A stretch of 64,000 nt of DNA from Macrostomum lignano (lineage: Eukaryota), in the NCBI GenBank assembly GCA_002269645.1, contig NIVC01000106.1, forward strand, positions 62,001 through 126,000, given 5' to 3'. A program made the position numbers and the translations under genes. This document shows, piece after piece, positions 28,776-44,368 of the stretch (the stretch's first letter is position 1; each line of letters begins with the position of its first letter). The notes beneath the pieces are model-generated. The model was not told the origin of the DNA and searched no databases. It worked only from the letters and a program-made list of their open reading frames with translations.

Positions 28776-29403
28776 TGTCCCAATTACCCGGTTTACCATA
28801 TCAAAAAACGTCAATTTTCAGTGGAACAATACTGGTTGATATTCGAATGGATTTCCTCAGGTAGGTTTGCAAAGACAAGTATAATTATGAAAACAAACAA
28901 CAAATCATACTACTTAACACAGCGTAGAGAATGACATCAAAAGGCAAAACAAAAGCCGCATAGCTATATATATGCAACTCATGGAAAGATTTTTTTAATT
29001 TGAAAGTCGCTTCTCAAATTAAGCTACTCACATCTCCAAACATGCTACTGAAGATAGAAACACGGGAGCATGATCAATTTAGTTTTAAATATTATAAGTT
29101 AGATACTCAATGAAAGCAAAACAATTATAAACTAATCACATACTTTGAAGTTCTCTTTATGTAGCTCTATTGAAGGAGTGATGTAAAATTAGGACTTATA
29201 CTACTAATTAGCAAAAGTAGTACTTACTTTTTTATTGATTCGAATTTCGAATATTTTATATTTCTAACTTAAATTGGACAAGTAGATAACTCTTAAGAGA
29301 ACTGCTAGATTTTAATTCATACTTAATGCTTCAATATTCAATATTGTAAAGAATTCATGGGTCGATTGAGTCCAGTTAGCAAGCGGACCAAGTCAAGCAC
29401 AAT

Positions 29404-29607
29404 TCAACTATCATAAATAATATCGTAATGGCCAGGCCGGTACAGCAGGGTGAGCACAGGAACAGACTGGCCGTCATCCGGGAACGTGTGCCGACTGATG
29501 CCGGCGCCATCGCGGTGCATGTACTCAACCGCGATGCAGGTCTCCAGGGTTTGAGTCAGAGCGATTATGTGAATATGATCGGATTCGTGACGCATTGGCT
29601 CCACTTC
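29404..29607 (-). CDS. OTUB1: Otubain OTU deubiquitinase, exon 2 of 2
   Basis: EVEPMRHESDHIHIIALT...LLYRPGHYDIIY contains the catalytic His motif. Acceptor CCGCAG, stop TGA at 29404-29406. Confidence 0.95.
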   Translation of the reverse strand, partial: EVEPMRHESDHIHIIALTQTLETCIAVEYMHRDGAGISRHTFPDDGQSVPVLTLLYRPGHYDIIYDS

Positions 29608-29754
29608 CTGCGGGGATTCGAGTTCGAGATGGCAGGGTCAGAGGTGGTTAGCTGCGCTTTGAAGGCGGGCAATAAAATTAGGCGACTGACAAGACCACAA
29701 AATCATTCATTAGAACCGACATTCTTAAGCATCCATTCCTAAAGATTCCCACAA

Positions 29755-30540
29755 AATCGACATTCCTAAAGACCCACCAAAGCCGACATTCTCAAAGACA
29801 AATCAAAACCGACATTATCAAGGATCCATCAAAACCGATATTCCAAAAATCCCTATCAAAACCGACATTGTCAAAAATCCCCATCAAAACCGACATTCTC
29901 AAAGACCCAACAATACCGACATTCTCAGGGATCCTACAAAACCGACATTCTCGAGGATCCATCATAACCCGACATTCTCAAGGTTCCATCAAAAACCGAC
30001 ATTCTCAAGGATCCATCAGAACCGACATTCTCAAAATCCCTATCAAAACCGACAATGTCAAAAATCCCTATTAAAACCGACATTCCCAAAATCCCCATCA
30101 AAACCGACATTGTCGAAAATCCCCATCAAAACCGACATTCTCAAAGACCCAACAATACCGACATTCTCAAGGATCCACCAAAATCGACATTCTCGAGGAT
30201 CCATCAAAACCCGACATTCTCGAGGATCCATCAAAACCGACATTCCCAAAAATCCCTATCAAAACCGACATTGTCAAAATCCCCATCAAAACCGACATTC
30301 TTAAAGACCCAACAATACCGACATTCTCAAGGATCCACCAAAACCGACATTCTCAAGGATCCATCAAAACCGACATTCTCAAAGATCCATCAAAACCGAC
30401 ATTCTCAAGGATCCATCAAAACCGACATTCTCAAGGATCCATCAAAACCGACATTCTCAAGGATCCTTCAAAACCGACATTCTCAAGGATCCATCAAAAC
30501 CGACATTCTCAAGGATCCTTCAAAACCGACATTCTCGACG
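29755..30540. repeat. Minisatellite, ~26-bp unit AAAACCGACATTCTCAAGGATCCATC, filling the OTUB1 intron
   Basis: Tandem variant units occupying ~80% of the 957-bp intron. Confidence 0.92.
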
Positions 30541-30564
30541 ATCCTCCACCACTAAACCACTAAC

Positions 30565-31176
30565 CGTAGCACAGAAGTCTTTAATAGTTTGCTCTCCGTC
30601 CAGAAAGCTCTGAAAGAAGTCGGCATGTGTCTGCAAATGACCGCTGACTAGTAAGCGCAAGAACACAACAACATAATCGCTTTGACCGGGATTGTTAAAC
30701 ACGGACTCCAAATTGGCAGTAGAGCATTCTCGCCTCTCAACAGTCTCAACTAGTTCGGAGAAAGCGTCGTAAAAATCGTCAACCGTAACGGATGAATAGC
30801 CCAACTCTATAATGGCGTCTTTTCTTTGTCGACAGATTTCTTTAAGTTTGGCAGCAGCTTCTGGCGGCTGTTGAAGCAGCTGGTCCAGATAAGCGAATCC
30901 GAAGCCTCGATAAAAACAGTTGCCATCGCCTCGGGTTCGTCTCAGACGAGGATACCGAGCGCATAGTTGCTCGCATTTGGCTAAGAATACGGGGTCGTCT
31001 GTGTACTCTTGCTTCAGGTTGCTAGTTGGTATAGCTGGCGTGATGAGGGCCTGAGCCATGGCTATCTCATTTTCAATGTCCTGCTGCTGTTTCTGATAGG
31101 CCTCGTACAAACTGCCTGGATCTGCTGAGGAATTCTCCTCCGATTGGGGAGGCTTCTGTTCTGCCTGTTCGGACAT
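30565..31176 (-). CDS. OTUB1: Otubain OTU deubiquitinase, exon 1 of 2
   Basis: YEAYQKQQQDIENEIA N-terminal helix, RRTRGDGNCFYRGF (catalytic D/C) and DYVVVFLRLLVSGHLQ. Donor GTTAGT at 30564. The spliced product is 271 aa, the typical otubain length. Confidence 0.96.
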
Positions 31177-32429
31177 TACCGCTGAATATAGCTACTGTCA
31201 GTAACAAGTTGAGTAAACAATCTTTAATTATGCTCATGCAATATAAAAGTAATTTATTTTGTTTAATAGTTAGTTTGTAATCTCGATTGCACAAAAAGCA
31301 GTAAATTGTTGTTGCCAAACCACTTGAGACGAGGAGAGAGTAAGAGAGAAGAGATCTCAGAAGGCATAAACCTTAATAAAGCTTGGATTGCAATTGTAAA
31401 GTTTCAAAGGACCCAAAGGTTAGATAGACAGGCTTTGTAGGCTGTCTGTGGCCTGTGGGTTGAAGTTTACTGACCCCCTGACTTAGAGTGCAGTGTTAGA
31501 CAAGTTTATTAGTAACTAAATTGATTACAATTGTGACTATGATTATTTGAATTCGTGACCTTATTCATCATTGAATAAAGATTTCCTAGAGTTTGTTTAA
31601 AAGGTTGTGAATGAGGGTTTGCTTTTTCATTTCTTCCACTTTAAATTTGATCTACCACTTCTATCATAGCAAATACAGATAAATAAAGCATGTACAATGA
31701 TAGAACTACTATCATAGCAAAATTGCTGCTTTAAAAGTTTTGTAACTTTTGCATTAAGTCTGGGGATATAACTTTCCCAATTTTTATTACCTTAGAAAAA
31801 ATTTTCTAGCTAGATAAAGCATAAACAATGATAGATTTTTTTTGAAAAATTTAAGTTTTTCCTTTCATTAAATTTCTACCTTGGACTATACTGAATTAGG
31901 CTCTTAAGCCTAACAACTTTTTGACCCCTATTTGAGTTGCTAAAATCTTGTCTTTCTTATCTTAAATCTAAAATATTAAGAAATTAGAGAATTTAAACCA
32001 TTAAATTTGAGCTCCTATTGCAGCTAAGGTCTGAACTGCACTGGATGCCCTCCTTTGTCATGCTAAATCATGTCAGTGCTAGACCCCAATTGCACTGCCA
32101 AGGGCCAATCTGTGCTAGACATTGTAAACAATATGAACCATTGGCTGCAATAGAGACATAAGTTTATTTATTTTTTGAGATTTTAAACAGCTAAAAATCA
32201 CTTCAAAGATTTATTATTTGATTGTTTAAAAGCTAGCACAATCTAAGTGGAAACAAATCCAGGCCATTTGCATGTAGAATATAAGACATAATATAAAATA
32301 GCTTTTATATATAAGAAATCTAATTAATAGTAAGATATTTTTTTAAATAATTAATTACTTATTAATTGTTTTTTACTTGATTATATCCTGTTTTAAAGCT
32401 CCTAATAATGGGATAAATAGTCCCACTTC

Positions 32430-32745
32430 AATGAGACCATGCTGCTAAGCTGCCATTATAATAGCAAGCTATGCAGTCATAAGAACTTTTTGCTTGTCTA
32501 GACCAGCTGGTTCTAAAAATGCTGAACTTTCTATCTAGACCTAGGGCAGTTACCCAGCAGTCTTAGGACAGCAGAACCAAGTTGAACATGGTGTACTTCA
32601 CTGATAGCTATGTTAAACGGCATGGAAGCCTTTTTAATATAGCAATTACAAAATTGTATAGTTGGCCTATTGGCTATATCTTTTGCATATTCTCAATCTT
32701 ATGTAGCAAAGCCATTAAACAGCTACTATAGAACAATTAGCTTTA
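32430..32745 (+). pseudogene. Partial second copy of a DEG/ENaC extracellular-domain segment (paralogous to ~33307-33620)
   Basis: Aligns by eye to 33307-33620 (GACCATGCTGCTAAGCTGCCA...AATATAGCAATTACAAAATT) and encodes ETMLLSCHYNSKLCSHKNF followed by stops. Confidence 0.75.
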
Positions 32746-32822
32746 GTCTACTATATATTTTTTAAGTAAATCTTAAGTAGATTTTATAAATTCTACAGCA
32801 TTCTATTAAACAGGATACAAAA

Positions 32823-34450
32823 ATGCAAGCCCAGCTCTATACAATGACTAGTGCCACAAAGGAGCTGGCTGGTTTCACAAGAACCCATGGGTTGTTGCAT
32901 ATCTTCCTGTCCAGATGCACAGCTTAATGGCTTTTTTGGCTGGTTTTATTTGTAACTGCCTTGATTGGCTGCACTATCCACTTGACCAAGTTGTTGCAGA
33001 AGTTCACCAAGCACTCTATTGAGTTGCAGCTGAAGTTGAAAAGCAAATGAGCCCAGTCTAGATTATAATAGGTTGCAGGTTATAATCTGCAACTTCAAGC
33101 CTGCTTCTATATATTTGACTCTATATGATGATTATCATGATTACTTGAAAACTATTGAGGAAACTTTGACAACTGGTTCAAATAGGACACCAAAAAGTGC
33201 CTGCAAGAATTGGATAAAAGCTACTAACCCAAATCAACTTAAGAAGATATGCAAGCTCCTAGATGTGATATAGGTGTTGGATGACACCATAGATATCTCC
33301 CACCTCAATAAGACCATGCTGCTAAGCTGCCACTATAATAGCAAGCTGTGCAGTCACAAGAACTTGTTGCTTGTCTAAACTAGCCAGTTCTAGAACTGCT
33401 ACATATTCACCTGGACCCAGGACAATTGTCCAATGGTCCTAGGGACAAGACAGCCAAGAGCTAGACATGGTGCTTTTTACTAATGGCTACTTTGAATGGC
33501 ACAGAAGCCTTCCTAATATAGCAATTACAAAATTATATAGTGGGCCCATTAGCTAAATCTCTTACATATTTTTATGTAACAAAGCAATCAACTAGGCAGC
33601 TGCTATATAACCTAGGTTTATTTTTGTGCAATAGGAATGCTATATATATTGACTTTCCAAACTGCATCCTTAAATTGGACCTTGGATGCCATGCAGTTTT
33701 ATATCTTAGTAGGCCTATTAGCAAGGAACCCAGTGCAAAAAAATTAGCCTCAGTCTATTGGATGGCGCATTTTCTTTCACAAGTCAAAAAGCTACCTAAT
33801 GAATCAGACTAGGTTTGTAGACATGGTCTCAGGCATATTTATAAAGACTTTAGGACAAGATAACTGTATTGATTCTGGCTAAAAAAAGCTTGCACCTAGC
33901 TAGTACAAATCAACTAGTACCTATGGCTATTCCATTTGCCACTGACAAGGAGGAAGGTTATGAAACTGCATCCTTAAATTGGACCTTGGATGCAATTTTA
34001 TATCTTAGTATTAGCAAAGAACCCAATGCAAAAAATTAGCCTCAGTCTATTGGATGGCACATTTTCTTTCACAAGTCAAAAAGCTACGTCCTAATGAATC
34101 AGACTAGGTTTATAGACATGGTCTCAGGCATATTTCAATGACTTTAGGACAAAATAACTATATTGATTCTGGCTACAAATAAGCTTGCACCTAGCTAGTA
34201 CAAATCAACTAGTACCTATGGCTATTCCATTTGCCACAGACAAGGAGGAAGGTTATGAAACTGAACTGATTCTTCAGTTCCAAATATCAACAAAGAATCA
34301 AGAGACAAAGATCTAGGTACCATTGCTATAGAACAAGGTCTAAACCAAGAGCATATGGCTATGTTGGCCTATCATAGCACCTATACATGCTATGCACTTG
34401 ATCACTTTTTACTTTGATTGACTATAGACAATTCTTGACCCTATTGGAAT
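32823..34450 (+). pseudogene. DEG/ENaC (amiloride-sensitive sodium channel family) pseudogene, apparently intronless over this span
   Basis: Collinear family motifs: pre-TM1 HG motif (GFTRTHGLLHIF), hydrophobic TM1 (WLFWLVLFVTALIGCTIHL), post-TM1 VIICNFKP (cf. FPxVTxCNxNP), TMLLSCHYNSKLCSHK..V*TSQF*NCYIF (cf. MLxxCxFxGxxCxxxDF..T..GNCYTFN), LDMVLFT, and a late WP...FYFD segment. Multiple stops, frameshifts and a ~300-bp tandem duplication. TM2 was not confidently located and the 3' limit is approximate. Confidence 0.8.
33659..34257 (+). repeat. Direct tandem duplication of ~300 bp (33659-33962 / 33963-34257) inside the ENaC pseudogene
   Basis: Both copies start AAACTGCATCCTTAAATTGGACC and end CAAGGAGGAAGGTTATG. 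Confidence 0.92.
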
Positions 34451-35879
34451 AAATTCTTAGTGTTTAGCATGACACAAACACACTTAGTATACTATTTGTA
34501 TACTGCAATCTAGGGGGCAAATGGGTAAATAGCAAGAGTAACTATAAATAAGTTACTTTATCAGCTAATAAATAGTTTAATCTTACATAATTTGTCTAAT
34601 TTTTATTAAACAAATGATAGTATTGACTATGACCAACTTGCCTAAGACCTCTTATAAGTTAAGAGTCTTATAAGTTTTTTAATTTAGCTAGGCCTAATAA
34701 GCAGCTTATTATTTTCACTTAGGCCTAGTAGAATTTTATAAAAATATTAAACTTTGCATATCTTCTCACCTTGGCCTGCAGACTAACTATTATTAAAATG
34801 TTTTTTGAACTAAAATTGCTATGAAAAATTGGTAGCTTTTCAAGACTATGAAGATGATAAAAGCCTTCTGCAATTTGGTGTAGGGCCTAGCTAGAAGGAT
34901 AACATAAGTTATATTTGTTACAGGTCCTCCAATATGCTATTACTTTTATGTGCCACTTTTCCAACATATGCTACTTTTTGGAGTGCTGCCCCTTAGCCCA
35001 TCTGGTATATCATCTTTTAACCCTTTTGGTATACCATTCTACATTAGAAAGGTGCACTTTTTGAAGTATAGAAGAATCATTAGATAGGCCTAGCCACTTA
35101 TAAAATGCCAATTTTTCCAAAAAGGATCCTTGAGATAACCAAAAACTATTTGACTTAATTAGGTACTTAATATAATACTCTGGCATAGGCCCTAGTCATT
35201 TCCAATAGTTTAAACAGTTTTTTCTATGATTGTTATTATTGTGTATGCATGAATATTGGCCCTATGCTATTTGTTCCATAAAAAGACATTATATATTATA
35301 CTTATACATTAGACTTAGAGCTCAACCTAGAGCTTTAATGTATTATTGTTTTTCTGTATTTGTTATATATTATGTGACTTAAGCTCTGTTTAACTTTTAT
35401 TCTATTATTGTTTAGTAAGTCTATGACATTATATTCTTTCTTTTGCAAAGTTTCTCTTTTAGTTTTATTCTACCTTTCCCTTAAGACTCTACCTATAATA
35501 CAGCTACATACTCAGGATTCCTATTGTAACCATCAAATACAAATGATAACCTTGTATTGCTTATCACTATAGTAGTCATATCAAAAAGCTAAGGCCTATT
35601 AAAAGCAACTTGGTTAGCCATGTTGTCTAAAATGATTTAAAGATGCTTTTTCTAAATAGAATTTGACAAATATTTGATAGGGCCTATTGTAATAAGAATC
35701 TATAATTTGATTGAATATATATAGATGCTATCTTCAAAGCGTTAAGGTATAAAAAGTAGGTCTAGGTCTAGTAAGCTAGCTAAGCCTAAGCCACAGCTAT
35801 TGCATGGCACATCTACAGACTGCACTGCTGCACACAGCTGTTTCTGTTTAGTCCAGAACTGGAGGCGGGGGGTCGACAC

Positions 35880-36055
35880 ACACCCATAATTACCCCAGCT
35901 AATGCTGGTAGCTACCCATTTGATAGCTGTGTCGGTGTCGTCGGTAAACTGAAGCAATGCAGCTCAGACAGAGTTGCGCCCTAGGCCCTAACGCCTAAGT
36001 GTCTTGCTCAAGGACACAAATTGTTCCAGTGGGATCGGGAATTGAACCCCACTTT
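35880..36055 (+). mobile_element. Probable SINE body/3' tail fragment
   Basis: TACCCATTT..AGCTG...AAGTGTCTTGCTCAAGGACACAA...GGGAATTGAACCC resembles the conserved 3' segment of widespread animal tRNA-derived SINEs. Recognised from memory; no tRNA head identified. Confidence 0.5.
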
Positions 36056-36818
36056 GAATCATAAAGGCATCATCATTTCATTCTCAAATAGAGGCTTATT
36101 ATTAATAAATGAACCCTGCAAAGCTCATCTGTCATCAGTCATCACTCATCAGCAAACAAGACGAGCCATTGACTAAGTCATTATGAAGTGCCCGCAGTTG
36201 GGTGGATAGTTAGATGATGATCTTGGATTTCTAACAGCAAATTTTATAGATACTAAGATAGTCATCAATAGTCAATAGGCATGCCAAACCCCCACGATGT
36301 GAATCTATCCAACTCAGGACTAGGCACTTAGCACAATTAGCCCGTTAGCCGCCGCGCTGTAAACGTCGTCGGTTGAAAAACCGTTTAAATATGGTTCGCA
36401 AAAATGACAAAATCGCAAGCGAAACTTCTTCAAACACCTCAAAAAGCAATTCTTACTTAATTTATTTAATTAAAGAGTAAGTAAGTACTTTTAGCTTATA
36501 TTGCATAATAAAATTGAAGTAATTTTTTGAAGTAGTTTATTAGACTAGTGCACCTTTTGGCGCAAATTTGAACTGAAATTTTGATTAAAGGTATCTATTT
36601 ATATGGAATCTGGATGGATTGATCGTCACAACATCCTTAGACAGCTGATTTTTTTTTGTTTTTTAACAACTATTTCGCAAATTCATTACAAAACCCTACC
36701 CGAGGCTATATAGTCGAGGCGATTAATTTTGAGTTGACAGCTGACAGCATGTACACTGTACACATATACACGTCACACAGCTAGCTGCTGCAGCTGCAGC
36801 AATACTAGCCCACCTACT

Positions 36819-40782
<3,964 letters not shown>

Positions 40783-41345
40783 TAGCCCACCTACTCATCA
40801 GCAAAAGTGCACTTGCTGTAGAAAAAATTCACTGAAGACAGAGTAAAATAACTGTGATAACGGACTAGCTATATTAGTGCCTTTTAATTAAATCTCGTCG
40901 AACTGTCAAAGCCAATAACATGTACATGCACATGTACTGATGTACATCAGTACATGTAAGCTGGAACCAAAAGCTTTAATGACACTCAAACACCAGGCTG
41001 CGTTAGACACCGATCTGCATGTGTCGAACTTCAACAAATTTCCGATTCTGGTCCGGCTTACTACCTGTGTACTATTATATCTTTATACTCTGTGTAGACA
41101 AGATACGAGTTGACATGTACTATATGTACGTGCAGTTAAGAGCATTGTAAACTCTTTATTCAGGTCGTGACACAAACGCACACGAAATTTTACAAATTAA
41201 TTCTTTACAAGTAAATTTGTATATTTTGTCATTGTCATTGAGACAGGCATTAATAATAGCTCTAATACTTTTAAATTTTACTCGTTTTATGTTTGCCTTT
41301 CTTAGAAAAACCTTTATTCAAATCTGCGCGAAATATTTGTTTGAA

Positions 41346-41909
41346 TGTTGTGGTTTGCAAAAATATTTCTGCAATTATTATTTTGTTTAAACCATAACGA
41401 ATTTTGGGTATAAATAGACACGCTGAGCAGACTTGAGGAAGCACCGTTTGCTACCTCTCGGTTTTCGATAAGCAAATTTAGTTCGTTCTAAATATTGAAA
41501 TCGCTTAAAGACTTAATCATTTCTTAGAGTATAAGAACCCCAATTGGGAGTATCAGAAACCGCTACAAGCGAGAAACCGCCTCAGGGCAGTAAATTGTAA
41601 ATTCGCCTCAGGGCAGGAGAACCGCCTCATAACGAGAGAAGATCGCCTCAGGGCAGAGAAAGAGCATAAGCTGTGACCCTCTGATCCAGGGAACGCCCAG
41701 GACTGAGAGAATAATATTAGGGGAAGCATAGGAATAGAATAGACAGTGCTATTAGACCGCTCAGGCTAGAAAGTACAATAGAAGTACATACGCTACCAAT
41801 AGAAGTACATACGCTACCGATAGAAGTACATGCGCTACCAGTAGAAAGACAATTAATAACCAGTAGAATTATTAAGGAGAAATAGCTTTATTACAACTTT
41901 GGTGGCAGC
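41346..41909 (+). mobile_element. Possible LTR plus primer-binding-site remnant
   Basis: Starts TGTTGT, has TATAAATAG at ~41408 and short internal triplicated motifs, and ends ...TTACAAC followed by TTTGGTGGCAGC (PBS-like). No second LTR, TSD or coding remnant was found. Confidence 0.3.
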
Positions 41910-43113
41910 TAGTAAGGCTAGCAAAAGGAATAATTAAGAGCCCTACGACATCATTTTACCTGTGAAATCGGTTTTTAATAAAATTTATTATCGAATACGT
42001 GTAAACTTATTACAGCAATTTAGCGGTAAGCAGACAGAAAACCACAATGTTTTCTCGTTGAAAAAAAAAGCCGGCGAATGCAGTTAAACTACAACTTCGA
42101 TGTTCACTGTATAGTGTATGTTTGACAGCAGGTCAACGACAAGTTCAAAGTGTACTTACATGAAAGTGGATATTAGCTGTTAAAAACACTGTTTAAAAGA
42201 ATTCCACGAAGCTGGACAGCACATACACTGCACAGACTTATACAGCAGTGCAAAAGCAAAGTTAATTGTTAAAAGCATAGATGAAAAATCGATATCTATC
42301 ATGAATGTACATTTACAGTAAAATCTGAATGTGAATAATTTTAATTACACCTTGCAAATTTGCAAACTGCAGCTGTTTTGCACAAAGATTAGAAAGTATA
42401 CACGTTACATGTGCACGGGGAGTATAGGTTTAAGTCATACAATGCACTCAAGTGTACGGTATTTGTTCGAGGTATGACCAGAAAGCCGGATAGGGTTTAA
42501 TATTTACTTGTGTGTACGCGACAAAATTTTACAGCTGAAGAAACAAATCAAATATTTAACTCAATCTAAATTATAAGAAATATAAGGTTAACACCATAAT
42601 CAACAAAATTATGAAATCAAAATGCTGCAAGTGTAAATTAAATCCATCACAGAGCTACGCCAGAGATCAAGGATCAGTCCATTGGTTAACAAGAGTTGAC
42701 CTTAGTTAATTTGATTTAAATGATAGATTTAATATGAGCCACATATAACATAGATGTTAACTTCAACACGCCTTTTTAATTGTTTGAATTCGTTTCGATA
42801 CATATCGGCGCAGTCTAGTCTGAACTTTTAGAATCAACTATAAATGCTTCGAAACATCTCGGTAGAATCTATATTTGAATTTTAAAAGTTGAATTATTCA
42901 GTTCTTACAATATTACTAATTTTAAGAAGCCAATTTACATTTTTTCGATACATATCGGTAGAATCCTCACCAGAAAACTGTAATTGAAATTTATATCAAT
43001 CTTTATCCTATCGGTTCATTGCATTCTGGATATTAAGAATTCAATTTATAATTGTTTCCATACATATCGGCAGAAAAACGATATCGCACACCCATATACA
43101 CAGTGTGTATTAA

Positions 43114-43320
43114 TCAGTCTTGCCAAGGAACAAAGCAGGCTTGCCGTGTGCAAATTTCTGCTCGACAGATCGGGCAGGTCTCCAGTCGGTTGGCGCAGCC
43201 GCCGCAAGCCATCATGTGACCGCAGGGCAGGAATACAATTGAAACGCTGGCATCTGAGCAGATTTGGCATAGGCGCGACTGCTCTAGTCGACGAATTCGT
43301 TCGAGTAGACTGGCGCGAGT
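43114..43320 (-). CDS. MYLIP: MYLIP/IDOL exon 5 of 5 (C-terminal C3HC4 RING); not shown in this frame in the ORF track
   Basis: TRASLLERIRRLEQSRLCQICSDASVSIVFLPCGHMMACGGCANRLETCPICRAEICTRQACFVPWQD*. Acceptor TTCCAG. Full CDS = complement(join(43114..43320,43407..43576,44369..44628,44949..45521,45902..46272)), 1581 nt, phases consistent. Confidence 0.93.
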   Translation of the reverse strand, partial: TRASLLERIRRLEQSRLCQICSDASVSIVFLPCGHMMACGGCANRLETCPICRAEICTRQACFVPWQD

Positions 43321-43406
43321 CTGGAAATATGCATTTTTTAGTTCATTCTATTAATCAGTTTAGTTTTAGCGAAGCACAGAAGTTAATATAGAGATTGTAA
43401 AATTAC

Positions 43407-43576
43407 CTCGTCGTTCCCTTTGTCTGAAATTCTGTCCACATCTTCCACTTTCTTAGCCTCGGCACCGGAAATGCCTGGAGCGGCGGAAGCGGCAGACAGG
43501 CACTTGTGCAACTGCCGCCTCGCATTGTCGTGCACCTCCTTCGCTGTGCGTCGCACGTCGAACACAAAATTGCGAA
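43407..43576 (-). CDS. MYLIP: MYLIP/IDOL exon 4 of 5
   Basis: VRNFVFDVRRTAKEVHDNARR matches the IDOL YVFDIKRTSKEVYDHARR motif. Acceptor TTTCAG, donor GTAATT. Confidence 0.9.
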
Positions 43577-44139
43577 CTGAAAATGTTGGATATATTTTTA
43601 GATTATTGTGTAAATAAAAAGCATATAAGCTACTTTTTCTACTGTTAGTAGACTGTTGACGAAAAAACCTACTTACTAGCCATAGCGTAAGCAGCGAAGG
43701 TTAGGAAAACACAAGTCAAAAAAGCTTTGAGAACTATTTTCTGATTAAGTAAAATTTATCACACGGTCCAAAGAGCAGATTTAAACAGAATAATAGACTG
43801 GACAGAGTGACACATAATTTACGACTCCCAGCAGCTGTGACAACTTTTTACTTTAACACAAGTTCAAAGCCTGCAGCAACAGTTTAGAGGCTCATATAGA
43901 TTCACATCTAGCCTATTGTCAGAGTCAAGAAGATACACACAATGAGAGACACACCCCTTTTGGAAGGGCCAGCTATCAGCTCTACTATTCTGTTGGTATA
44001 GCCTTTGCTACCATAACCTCTAAAAATTCTGCAAAGAATAATAACTGCAGCTCAAAAAGGCTACGAAACATTTTCACCCTGGTAAGCTTAATGACGTCAG
44101 TAGCTCAGCTGGCTAATAAGTAAACTCCTGGAGATGAAT

Positions 44140-44358
<219 letters not shown>

Positions 44359-44368
44359 ATAAACTCAC

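Noticed and set aside
28217-28864. 215-aa PSEPSSHL-repeat ORF
   Set aside because: It stays open only because the 24-bp unit is a multiple of three and lacks stops. The non-repeat ends show no recognisable domain.
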